Positions 1 to 13,532 of a stretch of 64,000 bases of DNA are shown here, in pieces. The stretch covers positions 26,288,001 through 26,352,000 of the forward strand of contig CM052850.1 of the NCBI GenBank assembly GCA_028534125.1, given 5' to 3'. How positions within the stretch are numbered: position 1 is the stretch's first letter; the number at the start of each line of letters is the position of its first letter. Made by a program: the position numbers and the translations under genes. A model generated the notes under the pieces. The model worked only from the letters and a program-made list of their open reading frames with translations. It was not told where the DNA came from and ran no database searches. The stretch comes from Lama glama. Lineage: Eukaryota.

Positions 1-651
1 CTCACACAGTGACTCTCATGGAGTCTCCCTCCGTGGGGGTCTCGGCAGCCACTCGCCCCGCTAGCCCTCACTCCAGACCTGGGAGACCGCTGAGCGGAGG
101 GAGCCAGTGCAGGAAGGCAGCTGGACCTTGTGGAGGACTTCCTTAAAGACCCTCTACACACCACTTTCCTCAGCTTAGACCAGGGCCACAGGGTCCCTCC
201 CTGCCTTCCCGGTGGGACAAGCCTGCCGGTCTCTTCCCTCCACCCCGGAACTTCTGCAGCCCCTGCCCCGCCTCTCCAGGGGTGGGGTCCCAGTGAGGTG
301 TGCGTGGTCCCCCAGACTGGCCCCTCGACTGAGGGAAACCTCCACAGGAGGGTCAGGCAGCCTTGGTGGCTCTGCTGGGAAGGGCCACTGAGTCCATCTG
401 GAGACCCTCTTCCTGCCAGTGACACCTTCCTTCATGGAGGGCGCTGGACCAGAAGGTTCCATCAGGCTCCTCGGTGAGGGCCGTCCTCTGAGGGTGGTCC
501 CCGGGGGGAGGTGGCAGAGGAGTTGTGTAGACCCACGGTGGCCAATGGCAGTGGCTGGCCAGGCCTAGTGGAGCCCCGTCACCAACTGCTGGCTTTTCTT
601 GGGGCCACTGGGGCCAAGCACCATCCCCCGTGAACTCAAGCATGGCTGGGA

Positions 652-720
652 CTACCGTCCCGTTTTACAGATGAGACAGTGGGGCCCAGAGAGGACAAGG
701 GTCACACAGCCAGCACCGAG
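652..720. mobile_element. MIR fragment
   Basis: cccgttttacagatgagacagtggggcccagagagg...ggtcacacagc is the MIR core. Similar cores lie near 18500, 19795 and 31550. Confidence 0.6.
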
Positions 721-1171
721 CTGCCCCCGCCCGCTCTCCAGCCCCCGTCCCTGACTTCAGCGGACCGTCCAGCAGCATGGAGGGTGTGTGGGAGCCAACT
801 GAGACCCTGGCCGCCGCCCTGGGCCTCCCTTCTCCTCTGTCCAGCCCCCACCTCCCATCCAGCAATCCCGCTGGAGGGCCACCGGAGCCTCGGCTCTGGC
901 CTAAACAAACACCCCTCAGGTCTGCCAGGCAGGAGGACTGGAGCACACGTCAGCTCTGGGGAGAGGAGGGCCAGGGCCCCACGTGCGGCCCCGGCCTGCG
1001 AGGAGCTGCAGAGGGGCGGCCAGCCTCAGAGCTTCGGGGATGCACCTGGCACCATCGGAGAGCATCGGCCCGGGGCTCAGCCAGCAGGTCGCTCACAGGC
1101 GCTGATAGTACGGTGGCCAGCAGCCATCCCAAGGGGCTCTGCCCGGTCAGTGGGGCCCTCATCTCATGGAA

Positions 1172-1309
1172 GGCTGAGATAGGGGCCAGGGCCTGGGACC
1201 CATGCAGGTGGAGCACCTGGTCCACCTGTGTGAGCGGCTGAGGTAGGGGCCAGGGGCTGGGACCCATGCACGTGGAGCGCCTGGTCCACCTGTGTGAGCG
1301 GAGGCTGAG
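1172..1309. repeat. 64-bp tandem duplication
   Basis: Units start at 1172 and 1236 (ggctgagrtaggggccaggg...ggtccacctgtgtgagc). Confidence 0.9.
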
Positions 1310-4300
1310 TCCACTCGGTGCCAGGCCCCTGGCCAGAGCCCCTGCCGCCCCGTCCTTGCTCCCACCAGACATGGCTGGGGACAGGGCACGGCCACTGCAG
1401 CCCTGTCTGTCGTGTCTCAGGGACCTGGTGGGGAGACCTGGGAGCTCTCACGGGCTGCAGACAGAAGCTGGGTTCTCTATGGACTTTGCAAGGGTCTGGG
1501 GGTGCCCAGCGTGACCAGCGTGGACGGGTCACTGTGTCTGGCCCAAAGCACGGGGTTGGGTCCATTTTGCTCTGTTATGAGTCCAGTCCCCATGCATGGA
1601 AACCTGCACATGGGTTTTCAACTGACAAACAAGTAGGTGGGGGGGGTGACAGGCGAGCAGAGTGTGGCCGCCACATAGCAGGTGGGACTTTGTGGGCCGA
1701 GGGGGGTCCTGTGGGCATGGGGCAGGGGTCCAGCAGGCACCAGAGCAAACACGTGGAGGAAGCGCCGACCCCTGTCCAGCTGGGGCCGTGATGTAGCGCG
1801 GCTTGTCCTTGGGGTGGCTGGTGCCCACACAGAGTGAAACAAGGCTTGACGTGGGGGGACGGGTGTGTGCAGCACCGCGTGTTCCCGGGGGCGGGGGGCC
1901 GGGGGCCGGGGCTCGCTTTCGGCGAGGTGGGGAGCTGCAGAGGCGTTTCAGTCAACAGGCAGAAAGACCCCATGAATATTTCATCAGGGCAGTGCCGGCC
2001 GCCAGGAACACCGGTCCCTAGGGGGCCAGGAGCTTGCGCAGGAAGCAGGACTGTGAAATGCGGAGTGGGCAGGGGCAGGGGCCTCCTCTGCCGCTGAGGA
2101 TGGCTCTCGTGTCCAGCCGCTTGTGGTCCCTCCCACTCTGCCTGTCACTGCGCCGGCTCAGGCCACCACCCCGTTTCTGTGGACGCAGGCCTGCTGGTGT
2201 GGGGGCAGGTGTCCTGGATCAGCTTCCTTGTCCCCCCAGCACAAGTCCCACTCCCTGCCCGCCCTGCCCCACCAGGTCCATGGCCAGGTCAGAGCCACTC
2301 AGGGTCAGGGGACCAGAGAAGGGCTCTGGACCCGGGGTCTGACTCTCTAGATGAGGCCACAGAGCTGGGGCCAGGGCCACCCAGGGAGGCAGAGAGAGCC
2401 TGCCTGGAGCTGGATGGGGGGGGCCGTGGTGGGCCTGGGTCCCTGCACCCACCCCTGGGGGAACCATGGACAGGCGCGGCTGCCCAAAGCCCCTTGGTTT
2501 CCTAAATCCCCTGCCGGGTGCTCAGACCAGGGCTCGCCCGGGCCAGGCCAGCACCTCACCTGCTGGTGTGGGTGTCAGGGCCAGCGACGGAGAGGCCTGG
2601 GGGCTAGGGACAGGATGGTGACGTGGCAGACTCTCACTGGAGCCAGGGCATGGCCCTGGCAGAGCTGGGAAGGCTCTCCACAGGGTCCTCCTGGTGCCAC
2701 CAGCCGCACACCAAGGGGCTGCCCACTGAGGCCAGAGGCCTGGCTCTCTTGCTTGCTCTCAGGAGCCCCCAGAGTGCTGCCACCCAGTGCTCCCAGCTGG
2801 GACGCACTGCTGGCCCAGTTCCTGGAGATGGAGGCTGGGCCAGGTACCCTCTTTAGACCTCCCATTACCCGCCTGGTGAGGTGGATGGCCCACTGCTGGG
2901 AGCCCCTTCCCTCTGCCCGAGTGACTGCCTGGAGCCCAGACCCCTCGCTGCCTCCCAGGTGGGCCCCTCTGGCCCAGGTGAGCTCCACACTTGGCTTTTC
3001 AAGCTCCTCCCAACTCTGCAGCTCTGGGACTGCTGCTTCCCCAGGCATGGGCGCCATGGGCGTCCCCACCACCTTCTGCCCATGCACATGTATGCCCCAG
3101 GCCCTTCCTGCCACACTTCAGGGTCTACACTGGCTGTTCCAAGCGTCACACTGGACAGCGTCCAGCCCAGAGCCCCTGGGGCAGCAGTGGTGTCCCTTCT
3201 GCTCCTTGCCCCGAGCTGAGGCCCATGGAGGCTCCCTCCCCTGTCGCCACCAGTCTCACCCAGGGAGGGGTGGCCAGGTGCCTGCCCATTGCCCTCTGCC
3301 ACCACCTCCCCGTGCACCAGGAGTCCAAGTCGCCTGTCCCACTGCTCTGGCTCTTTCTGCACAGCAGGGCTTTGTCCTTGAAGCCCCCGGCACAGGTCCT
3401 CTCCAGCCAAGCAGTCCGCCACCCATGCCCCCGGCAGCTGGGCTCCTTGCACGGCTGCCCAGGCTCCTCTGACGGGCACGCTTGGCTGGGGTCCCCGGGT
3501 CTGCACACAGGCACCGCGTGCCAGGCAGGCTGTGGGGAGGGAGGGGGGATCTTGGGACCGCCCAGCCCCTCCAGGTGTCACCCTGCCCCCCATCCTCCCA
3601 ACCCCTGCCCCAGTCCCTGGGTTGGCCTGTGAGAAGAAACAGACATTCAAGGACAGTTTAGGGACACCTTCCAAAAAGTGGGGCAAAGAGAACCCTGAGA
3701 GCCAGCAGGACGTTGGTGGAGGTGATGCAGCCACAAGACCCTGGAGGGAGGGGCTCGAGCCAGAGGCGCTGTCTTGCGGTGCTGGGACCCTGGGTGTGGC
3801 TGCTGGCTCCCCTGCCCCACGCTGCCCCCCAACCCCAGTCCAGCCAGCCCTGCTCTATTCCTCTGCATGGACAGTTCTTATGTCACCTGGAGAGACAGGT
3901 CCCCCCAGGGGCAGACCCTCTCCTGCACCAGGGCAGTGCTGGGGGAACCCAGGTTGAGAGAGCCAACGGGCTGGCCTGGACCCCCGGTGGACACAGCCAT
4001 CCCCTCAAGCCGCATTCCGTGTCACCAGCACCCAGGCCGAGACCCGGCCCCCTGCCCATGAGCCCCACGCGCTTGTTACCTGCACCCCGCCGGCCACCGC
4101 CTCCATCTGCCTGCTCCCAGACGGGTCCTCCATGGCTCCTCTGCCAAGTGGCTGCCGCCTGCCTGGGACGGGCTGCCAGCAATTTGCTGTGGGTTTTGTC
4201 TGAGTTTTGGCCCCGTGTGCCCGCTGGCACCCGAGAGGCGCCCAGCCCCACAGCTCGTTTGTGGCAAGCGTCCATCTTCCCCTCGGCAGCATCCCCTCAC

Positions 4301-6011
4301 CTCTCCCTCCTCCTGGTCCCCACGATGCCAGCTCGGGGGAAGTGGCAGGGACGGAGCCGGCCAGCCTCTCCCAGCTGAGTGCAGCCACGCTCCTTTTTTC
4401 TGGGTTTTAAACCCACACACATGTACTCTTGCACACACACGCACACACGTCAGGCCCCCGCCCCTGACGACACGCGTCCCTTCTGTCAGGAGCAGCCCCA
4501 GCCAAGACAGCCGGTGGCGCGGCAGAGCCAGGCTTCGCCAAGCGGGGGAATCCAGCTTCCCCTGCCATCGCTTCGTCTTACGTAAACCACCGAAAAGGAA
4601 AAGGAACTCAAGTCCCGCCACACTTCAGAGCCTCCAACTGGGTCCCCCTTGACCCAGCCTGGCCGCCCCGGCCTCTGCCTGCCGCAGCAACCCGCCCGGC
4701 CTACAGTTCCGCGCTGGACCCTGTCCTTCCCGGAGGGAAGCTTGGTGTGGAGGGCTGACTCTGGACCTCATACTGGGCCAGCCCAGGACTGGCTTCCCGG
4801 AGCCACAGGGTAGTGGGCTGTGATGGAACGTGGCTTTGGGTACACGCGTGGTCTGTGTCAGGGAACCGAGTCTGCCTGAGGGGCCAGAGTAGGGCTCCAC
4901 ATGGGCGTGAGGTCAGGGCCAGCCTCAAACAGGAACTGGGGGTACTGGTCAGACCTCCGGCAGAGAGGGCAGCAGGGCGGACGTGGCCCACTGCCAGCTC
5001 TGAGCGCCCCCCAGTGCTAGCAGAACCCGACGTGGTCGGCACACGGCTGCTTCTGACCCAGGAGATGGAGGTGGCCGACCCAGGGCGCAGGGGCGTAGGG
5101 CAGGTGCAGCCCACTCCCGCCCGCGCTGCTCTGAAAGGCGTGTGACGTGGAGCAAGGAGCCGGAAGGAGCCAGGCCTCGGTGACGCCCGGAGTGGCCAGC
5201 CCAAGCGGACTCCCGCCTCCCTACTCCCGTCCCCGGGGAAAACCGCGCCTGCTGGGCCGAGGCCCAGCCGAGTCAGCCAGCAGCCCGCGGAGGCCTCACC
5301 CCCCAGATGCAGTTGGGAGCGGGCGGTGCAGGCCGGGCCTGGACACTCTGCTTGCCTGTCGCCCGGAGCCGGGCCTGGCCCTCTGGCCAGGGTCCATCTG
5401 GGTCAAAGGTCACCCAAGCCAACCCCCTGCCCCCCCGAGCCTTGGCCTCGCGGGAGCCCTTCTAGCCTCCGACTCCAGGCCGCACTTCACTCTTCAGTGT
5501 GTTAATTCTTCAGCTCCCAAGTATTCCAGCACCTGACAACCTGAATTGGCTTCAAAACTCCTTGAAGGGCCCTGGGTGGGCAGGAAGGAAAAGGCACCAC
5601 AGGGCGACCCGCTCGTGGGGCGGAGGCCCGGCGGCCCCAGGGGCAGGTCATCGAGCCTGGGCTGACCAGGTTGGCACTGCCTCCACGCCACCCAGGTGGC
5701 TCCTGGTCCCAGCTGGCGTGTGGCTCCGAGGTGACCTCCGGGCGACCTCTGACTTCGAGGCCGCTGGGGCCTCCTCTCTGCAGGGGGGCCTGGACCCGAG
5801 GCTGGGGAGGCCCTGAAGAAGCGGCCTCCCGAGAGCCCCCGTCCTGCCACCGCTCCGCGCGCACTGGGCTCCCTTCTACACGGCCGCTCGCTGCTCCGGA
5901 ACATTCCTGCTGAGGTGCAGCCACCTCGTCCCTCCCTGCGAGGCCTGGGGCCGCCGCCTCATTCAAGGGCCACCCACACGCCTCCCGCCTCAGGGAGTCT
6001 TCTCTGGTCCT

Positions 6012-6320
6012 TCCTTTTCAAACTGTGTTAAAATACACATAAACGCCACCACTGGCGCGGCTTGGAGGGGCAGAGGTCAGTGACATCCAGCACATCCACG
6101 GCTGTGCAGCCACGGCCTCTGTCCCGTTCCAGGGCGTCCCCGTCCCCCGAGGGCGCCCTCCGCAGTCCGCCACCAGGCCCGCGTTCCCTCTGGGGCCTGG
6201 CCCGCTCTGGGTGCCATGCCCGCAGAACCTCGGCCCGTGGCTTCTCTCCGGTGGTGTCTGAGGCGTCTCCGTGCTGTGGCCGCATCACGGCTGCCTTCCT
6301 TTGGGGGCTGATTTGGCCCC
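6012..6320 (-). mobile_element. L1MB-like 3' end, heavily GC-converted
   Basis: Skeleton aaaatacacataa...cagtgacatccagcacatccac...gtgcagcca...ttccag matches the antisense L1MB 3' UTR. Confidence 0.6.
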
Positions 6321-8619
6321 TGCTTCCTTCTACGTGGCCCGGCGGCTCTGTCCTTGGGAAACAGAGGGTGTGACTGGGGTGGGGCAGACTCGCTCTTACA
6401 AGAATAAGGTGTTACAGTGACATGGGACGGTGCTCAGTACACCAGCCGGACCTGTCCTGGCGCCCGAGGGACAAGGTCACGCCACCGCCCACCGAGCTCT
6501 ACTCCTGCTGCGTGGACCCACCAGCACCCACGGGGTGAGTGCGCCCTGGGGCTGGGGACCTGAGGCCCACGGCCACTGTAGCAGCTGCCACCATGCCAGG
6601 CCAGGGGACACCTGCCGCCTCGGTGTGGTCGTGGAGCTGGCCCACGTGGAAGAGAGGGGCGGAAGGCTCCAGACATCCCGCTGAAAGAGACCAGGTGAGC
6701 TCGTCGACCCCTGAGCTAGGGAGAGCAGACATGATCGTGCGACCATGAGTGACCAGGCATCCACTGTGGGCCTGGGACCGGCGTGCTCAGGACAAGGTCG
6801 CCAGAGGGCAGGCCGATCCGCGGCCATGGTCTGACCGCCCAGCTGCACGCCCTGACCTCCGGGGACGCCCACGTGTGCGGCTGCCGGGGCCTCAGCCTCC
6901 CCAACACCTGCCCACCCCCAGCTGCCCCCAGGCCCCACCTGTCACGCTGACGGATGGGCAGGGTCAGTGCTCCGCTGCCTGTGGGACTCAGCCTCATCCA
7001 TCACCAGGGGCTGCTGGTGGGCCGGCTGCAGGAGCGGCACTCCCGGGGCTGCGCAGTGGGCGGAGCCAGGCGCTGTGTCTGGTGACCGCACATGCAGACA
7101 CGCCGACCAGCGCCCTAGTCCTTGCCCAACTCCCCAGGTGTGGCCTTACCGCGGTGTACCTTCTGTGACCTCCGTGCCTCGGCCTACCAGGCACACGACA
7201 GTGCTGCTCACAGGCTCGGCGAGGCCGTGGGCCTGGGAGCACGTGCAGGTGCAGGTTTGAGCGCAGGGTGACTGTGGGGGGGCGTGTCTGCCTGCCGGCC
7301 AGTGCTGTCAACACACAGGGGCACGTGTGCCTCGGGTGTACGTGGACCCCCCGGGTGCCTGGGAGGAGGTGAGTGCGTCTGCGGGTGAACAAGTTGGAGG
7401 GGTCCTGGGTCCTTCCACGGCCCTCCCACCCTTCCGCTGCTGGGGTCCCAGAGGTTGGAAGAGGTCTCGGGGTCCACCCATCCAGCCTCGCAGGTCATTG
7501 TGAGTCCCGGGGACCCCCAGCCCACCCAGCTCTGCTGGGCTGACCAGCAACATGGGGGGAGATTCTGCCCCCAGGGCCCTGGCACGTGCCCCGTCTCTCC
7601 CCCCTCGGGCAGTTCAGGTCAACCCGGTTACATGGTCTTTTGTCCCCTCCTGCCCTGATTTGCCTGGAAAGACTTGAGGAAACCTCAAGCCCAGTGAGTC
7701 TGGGGACAGATGGAATCACAGCCACCCTCTCCTTTCCTGCTCCTCCTGGGGTTCACACCCTGCTCCTGCCCCAGGGCCTTGGCACGGGCGGCTCTGTCCA
7801 CGCAGAAGGCTCCCCTCCGTTCCTCCAGGCCTCTGCTGGAACGCCAGCTCTGCAGGGATGCTCTCCGGGGCCCCCCTCGCACCTCACACACGCAGCCTGA
7901 GTGCTGCAGGTTAACGGGCCCTGTGCCGCTGACCCCAAGACACCGGTTGCTGTGTGAGGGCAGGGCCGTGGTCCCGGGCGGGAGAACAGGCTGCGGGTGG
8001 TGGCTGCATGAGGCAGCGGAGGGAGAGGTCTGAGACAGGGCGCTGGTCCCCGCGCAGGGCAGCTCCCCTCCCCACACTGCTGACTGACCAGTCCACAGCT
8101 GCCCTCCGAGGTGGAGGCCTCTCTGGACTGCCCACAAGTTGCCCCTCAAGGTTCTGGCCATACGCGGGTCTGACCAGAGGCGCAGGGCGGGCCTCCAGCG
8201 CCAGCTCCTGACGGGTGGCGGTTACCACCCAGGACGCTCCGTGGGTTCTGGGCCCCACGGGTGGGCGCGGCCTGCAGTCACTTCCCCAGCAGCCCCGAGA
8301 GGAGACATGGCTCGGGCAGCTCCCCCACGTACAGGTGAGGGAACCAGGAGACCTGGGCACAATGCCCCGCACCTCAAGCCCCGCCCATACCACAGCCCCG
8401 CGGGCTGGGGGCCCGGGTAGGTGGGCGGCACGGGGGTGTGCTGGTGAGCAGCCTCCCAGAGCCTCGACACCACTTTGTCGGCGTCACACCTCGCACCGGC
8501 CGAGGTCCCTGAGCTCGGAGATGGGGCCCCAGCGGGCCGCGCGCGCAGCCCGAGCCGTGCCGTAGAGACCGCAGGCCGGGGCGCCGGAGCCGGGAGTTCG
8601 CCGGGCTCGGTGTTGGTTC

Positions 8620-8837
8620 TCACTAAGGAGGCGACACAGACATGTTTGGAGGTGAAGAGGCATCACGTCCACAACCTGCTCAGTGTTGAGAAAAATGGAG
8701 TAAGATGTTTAAGTAGAGACAGCGGTAGGTGACTGTCACGGAGTGTTCACAGTTGGGGACCGAGTGAGAGGCGCCAGGACTTTCTTCATACTGGCCCCCC
8801 AGGTTTTCTATAAGTTTGAAAAGTTTATTTCAAAATG
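8620..8837 (+). mobile_element. Ancient L1 (L1MC4/ME-like) 3' end
   Basis: gtttggaggtgaagaggcatc...ttttctataagtttgaaaagtttatttcaaaat. Confidence 0.5.
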
Positions 8838-9089
8838 ACGAGCAAGCACAGCCGCCCCCCAGAAGAAGCCGTGGATGACCGTGTTGCGCACGGGGCTCTC
8901 TCCTCTGGCGGGTCGACGCGGGGGACTCCGGGAGCGGCCTGGTGTGGGGCCGTCTGCCCCTGGTTTCCGCGTGAGGTGAGCGGTGCGGGCCCCGAGGACA
9001 GCGCGCTCTGCCGCGCTGTGGGCCTCAGTCTCCAGCCTCTGCTTCCAGCCTGTCGCTTTCACAGCCAGGGTAGGTCTGTTTGCTCTGCC

Positions 9090-10140
9090 TGTTGCCTCTG
9101 TCTGGCTTTGCCGTCGCGGTTAAGCTATCCTCGTAGAATACGTTGGGGGTCGTTTTCCGTAAGTACCTGGGATCTGCCTGTAGAGCCCTCTAGCCCTGTG
9201 CCCTCCCTGGAGCGACGGATTATTTTTTCCAGTTTCTTCTTTAGTTGCGGTTGCTGGTTTGTTTGGATTTTCTGCTTCTTTAGGTCAGCTTTAGTCGCAC
9301 GTGTTTCCTGTCCTCGTGTGACTTCCCAGGCCCCCTCACCGACCGCCTCACCCTCTGCTCTGCTCCACCCTGTGTCCCAGTTTCTTATTTTCTGGACTAG
9401 ATTGGGAAGTTAAGCTATTTCATTGTTTGCTTTGTTCAGCCAGGAAATACCTCTCAGCTGAATCTATTTACTTTTTCTGCTTTATCTTTCTTCTGCTTTC
9501 TTTTGGTTTCTCTTTTCTAACTTTTGATTTGAATGCTTTACACCCCAAGTTTAATCATAAAAATGTCTCAGGCCACGCATAGGCCTTCCAGTCCGGTTTG
9601 CACTGTAGCTCGTGGGTACAACAGTCCAGGAACTTACTGTGCTATTTTCTGGATGCTGCATAGCTACAGGTTTGGTTTCTTTGTGTTAAAATAGTCAATT
9701 AGGTTATGTTTTAAGTTCCGACTGGGAATTGTAACAAACCCTTCGCTATTAACTTAATGTGCTATGGCCTCTGGACTCTGCCTGGATGATTGATACCTGA
9801 GTGTCCAACCGTCCTGGTCTTGCTGGGGCCGAGGGGTTTTCCACGACTCCAGCCCTGTGATGCTCAGCACCCAGGACCAGCTGCTCACCCTAGTCATTGA
9901 CACTTTCTCTGTCACCTAAAAGATGACTTATCTTAGTACCTGCTGCAGAGGAACTTGAAAAGAATGTGTTTCCTGATTGTAGGGTGCAGAACTTAAATTT
10001 AGACCTGCTTGATTAACTTAATTAATAATATTTCTCAGTTCCTCAATAGCTTTTTTTTTCCTAATTTGATTAGTCAAAAGTTGAGAGACAGGTGTCAAGG
10101 TGTGTCACCGCTGCTATTGTGTCTGCCATTTTTTTCACAT
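9090..10140 (-). mobile_element. Ancient L1 ORF2 fragment, antisense
   Basis: The reverse complement resembles degenerate ORF2 segments: SFYEASITLIPKP near 9100, LHPTTAEYTFFSS near 9960 and IVGDFNTPLS near 10090. Probably resumes at about 14.1-15.1 kb. Confidence 0.6.
9798..9892. mobile_element. MER94-like hAT DNA transposon relic
   Basis: gtgtccaaccgtcctggtcttgctggggccgaggggtttt...tcacccta resembles the recalled MER94 consensus. Confidence 0.55.
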
Positions 10141-11210
10141 TTTTATTGTAAAGTTGATAAAACTCTAGCAGGACTGACAAAACTAAAACGGAAGAAGACT
10201 GAAATGGCCAGTGTCAGGAGTGAACCGGGGACACCACCGTGGATGCTGCAGCCACTAGGAAGATAGTCCAGACATACCGGGAAGATCTTCACGTGCACAC
10301 ATGCAACAGCTTGGGAGAAACGGCTCGTCCCTTGAAAAGTGCACGGCACCAGAACTCAACTGAAATGAGACAGATCATCTGAATAGCCCGGTACCCGTCC
10401 AGGAAATCGAAACCACCGCCTGCAAGCTCCCCCCAAAATAAATTCCCAAGTCTAGGTGTTTCACTGGAGGGTTCTATCAGGCATTTAAGGAAGAATTAAC
10501 ACCCGTCCTTCTCAGACTCTTCCAGAAGGTAGAAGAGGGGGACACCTTTCAGCATGTTTTTGAGGCCAGAATCACCTGGTTACCAAAGCCAAAGACGCAC
10601 AAAAGAGAAGCGCTTCGGACTAACACCCCTGATGAACCTAGGTGCAAAAATCCTCAACAAAATAGCAGCAAGCCAAGCCCAGCTCGCACAGAAGTGAACG
10701 AGCGCCACAGCCAGGGGGGGTTGTCCCGCGTGCAAGGCTGGCCCAACATCCGGAAGTCAATCTAGACCTTACGTCAAAAGGGGGAGATGCGCTTCTATCA
10801 ATAGATCCAGGAGGAGCGCTTGCCAGCATCCAACACCTGTTCATGGTAAGACGCTCAGCAAGCTGGGAGCGTTAGGGGAGCCGCCTCAGTGTGGTGACGG
10901 CACCTGGGGGAACCTGCGCCGACGTCACACCTGACGGCCAGGACCGCATCTTTCTCTCTGAGATCAGGAGCAAGGTGAGGATCCCACTCTTACTGACCCT
11001 GTTCAACATGGTCATGGAAGTTCTAGCCAGTTAGACAAGAAAAGAAAGAAAGGGCACATCGATCAGCAAGGAAGAATTGAAACTGCTCCTGTTTGCATAT
11101 GACATGATTGTCTGCGTAAAAAACCCAGAGAGTTCTACAGAATACAATTAGAGCTAGTGAGTGAGTTCACTAGGTTGCAGTATATGCAAGGATCAATCAA
11201 AAGAATACAC

Positions 11211-11230
11211 TATATATATATATATATATA
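11211..11230. repeat. (TA)10 microsatellite
   Basis: Read directly. Confidence 0.95.
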
Positions 11231-11899
11231 TTCCACTCCGGGAACGTCCCTGCACGTACAGCAATGCGGACGGACGGCGGGGGAACTTCTGCTGAGTTAG
11301 ATTTGGAATCCCGTACTATCTGTTTAAAACTACTCCAAAACAATGAAATGCGAAGGTATCAATTTAACTAGTCCCTTGTAAGATCTGTATGCTGACTATT
11401 CAGAATGCTAGTGAAGGAGATCAGACATTTAAGTAAGTGCAGACACACCGTGTCAGCGTAGTAAAAACTGAAAAAATCAACACGGCATAAGTGTCAGTTC
11501 CTCCTACTTAGACCTACAGATTTAGCACCATTCCTGTCAAAACCCCAGCAAGGTGTTCTGTAGACATAAACAAGCTTATTCTGAAATTTTGCAGAAAGTC
11601 AAAGGACCTAAAATGGTTAAAAACACTCAAGAAAAAAAAAAAAGGAGGAGCCATTCCACCTGATATTAAAGACTGATACGTAGCTACAGACTCAAAACCG
11701 CACGGTGCTGGTGTAGGGACAGGCCACAAGTCAGTGAGACCTAGTGGCGAAACTGGAGCAGACCCACAGACATGCCCAGCGGACTCCTGACGAAGGTGTG
11801 AGGGTGGTTCGGTGGAAGACAGATGGCCTTTTCAGCAAACGGTGCTGGAGCTGGTAGACGTCCATGCAGGCAAAAAAGGAGCCTCGACCTTCGCAAGTT

Positions 11900-12164
11900 C
11901 AGGCTTTTGTAGAAGCTTCGTGCTTTGTCCCAGACAGCTCAAAACGTATCCGCAGATACAGAAGGAGGAACTTGTGGCTGCCAGGGGCTGGAGGTAGAGC
12001 GGAACAGGGGTGCCTGCTTAACGGGCCCGGAGTCTGGGGTGAAGGAAAAAGACTAGACGGTGGTGATGGTTGCAGAACACGGTGCGTGGACTTGATGCCG
12101 CTGAGTTGTGTGCTTGAATACGGTCAATTGTATGTTATGTGCACTTTTCCAGAATTAAAAAAAA
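11900..12164 (+). mobile_element. L1MB-like 3'-end fragment nested in the older L1
   Basis: gtggctgccaggggctgg...ggtggtgatggttgca...tatgttatgtgc...aattaaaaaaaa. The host L1 resumes at tggatcacagacttaa. Confidence 0.65.
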
Positions 12165-13009
12165 CCTTAGAATGGATCACAGACTTAAGTGTACAAAAGG
12201 AAAATTATAAAACTTTTAGAAGAAAAACACAGGAGCAAATCTCCTAGCGCAACATGAGATTTGACACCAAAAGCACAATCCATAAATTGAACCTGGTCAA
12301 AACCAGAAGTTTCTACTCTGTGAAATAACCTTGTTAAGAGGCTGGGACGACAAGCTGCGCCCTGGACAATATATTTGCAAACCGCAGATCTGACACAGAA
12401 TATACCAAACCCCCACTACACAGACAGTCCGAGTAAAAAGTGGGAGGAAGACGTGAACAGACATTTCGCCAAAGGGGAGACAGCAGATAAGCACGTGAAA
12501 GGATGTTCAAATCCTTAGTCTTAGGAAAACGGAAGTTAGAACCACAGTAGCAGATCACTGTACATGTATCAGAGTGGTTAAAAGGAAAAATGCGACCACA
12601 CCAAACGCCGGTAAAAATGCAGAAAACCTGGATCTCTCAGACATGCTGCGAGGTGCAGCTTCTCAGGAAGACACTAACACAAGACACGCAGCTCCCGCGG
12701 GCCCCAGCAACTGCACTCTCCGGCACCTACTCCGGAGAAATGAAGACCTGGATTCACGCTGAAGCCTTACAGGAGTGTTCGCAGCAGCTGTATTGGCAAT
12801 AGCCCCGAACTGGGAGCAAGCCCGATGTCCATCAACAGGCGAATGGTTAAACCAGCTGGGGTGCATCCATGCTGCGAACGCCACTGCGCACACAGCGATG
12901 TGGACGGATGGCGGGGGACTTCTGCTGAGTGGAAAAGAGCCAGTCCCCAGGGGTGCTGTCCTGGAGGACCTGTGTGAGTCACCCTTGAAGAGACCAGCAG
13001 TGGAGAACA

Positions 13010-13397
13010 TTTATTGGTCTTTTATTGAAGCACAGTCAGTTACAATGTGTCAGTTTCTGGTGGACAGCACAATGTTTCAGTCATGCATGTACATACGTGC
13101 ATTTTTTTTCATCTTCTTTTCATTGTAGGTTATTACAAGATGCTGAATATAATTCCCTTGCTGTACAGAAGAAATCTGATTTTTTAAAATCTGTTTTATA
13201 TATAGTAGTTAGTATCTGCACATCTTGAACTCCCAGTTTATCCCTTCCCACCCCTTTTCCCCCCAGGAACCATGTTTGTTCTCTATGTCTGTGAGTCCGT
13301 TTCTGTTTTGTAGGTAAGTTCATTAGTGTCTTGTTTTTTCTTTTCTTCCTTTCTTTTTTTAAAGATTCCGCATATGAGTGATATCATATGGTTTTTT
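13010..13397 (-). mobile_element. Younger lineage-specific L1 3' end (camelid/artiodactyl type) running into the gap
   Basis: tttattgaagcacagtcagttacaatgtgtcagtttctgg...agattccgcatatgagtgatatcat. Flanked by the 15-bp direct repeat cagcagtggagaaca at 12995-13009 and 13533-13547. Confidence 0.85.
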
Positions 13398-13532
13398 NNN
13401 NNNNNNNNNNNNNNNNNNNNNNNNNNNNNNNNNNNNNNNNNNNNNNNNNNNNNNNNNNNNNNNNNNNNNNNNNNNNNNNNNNNNNNNNNNNNNNNNNNNN
13501 NNNNNNNNNNNNNNNNNNNNNNNNNNNNNNNN
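13398..13532. other. Assembly gap (135 N)
   Basis: Run of n characters. Confidence 1.

Noticed and set aside
10146-11900. Functional reverse transcriptase or domesticated L1 gene
   Set aside because: Numerous stops and frameshifts, and no long ORF.
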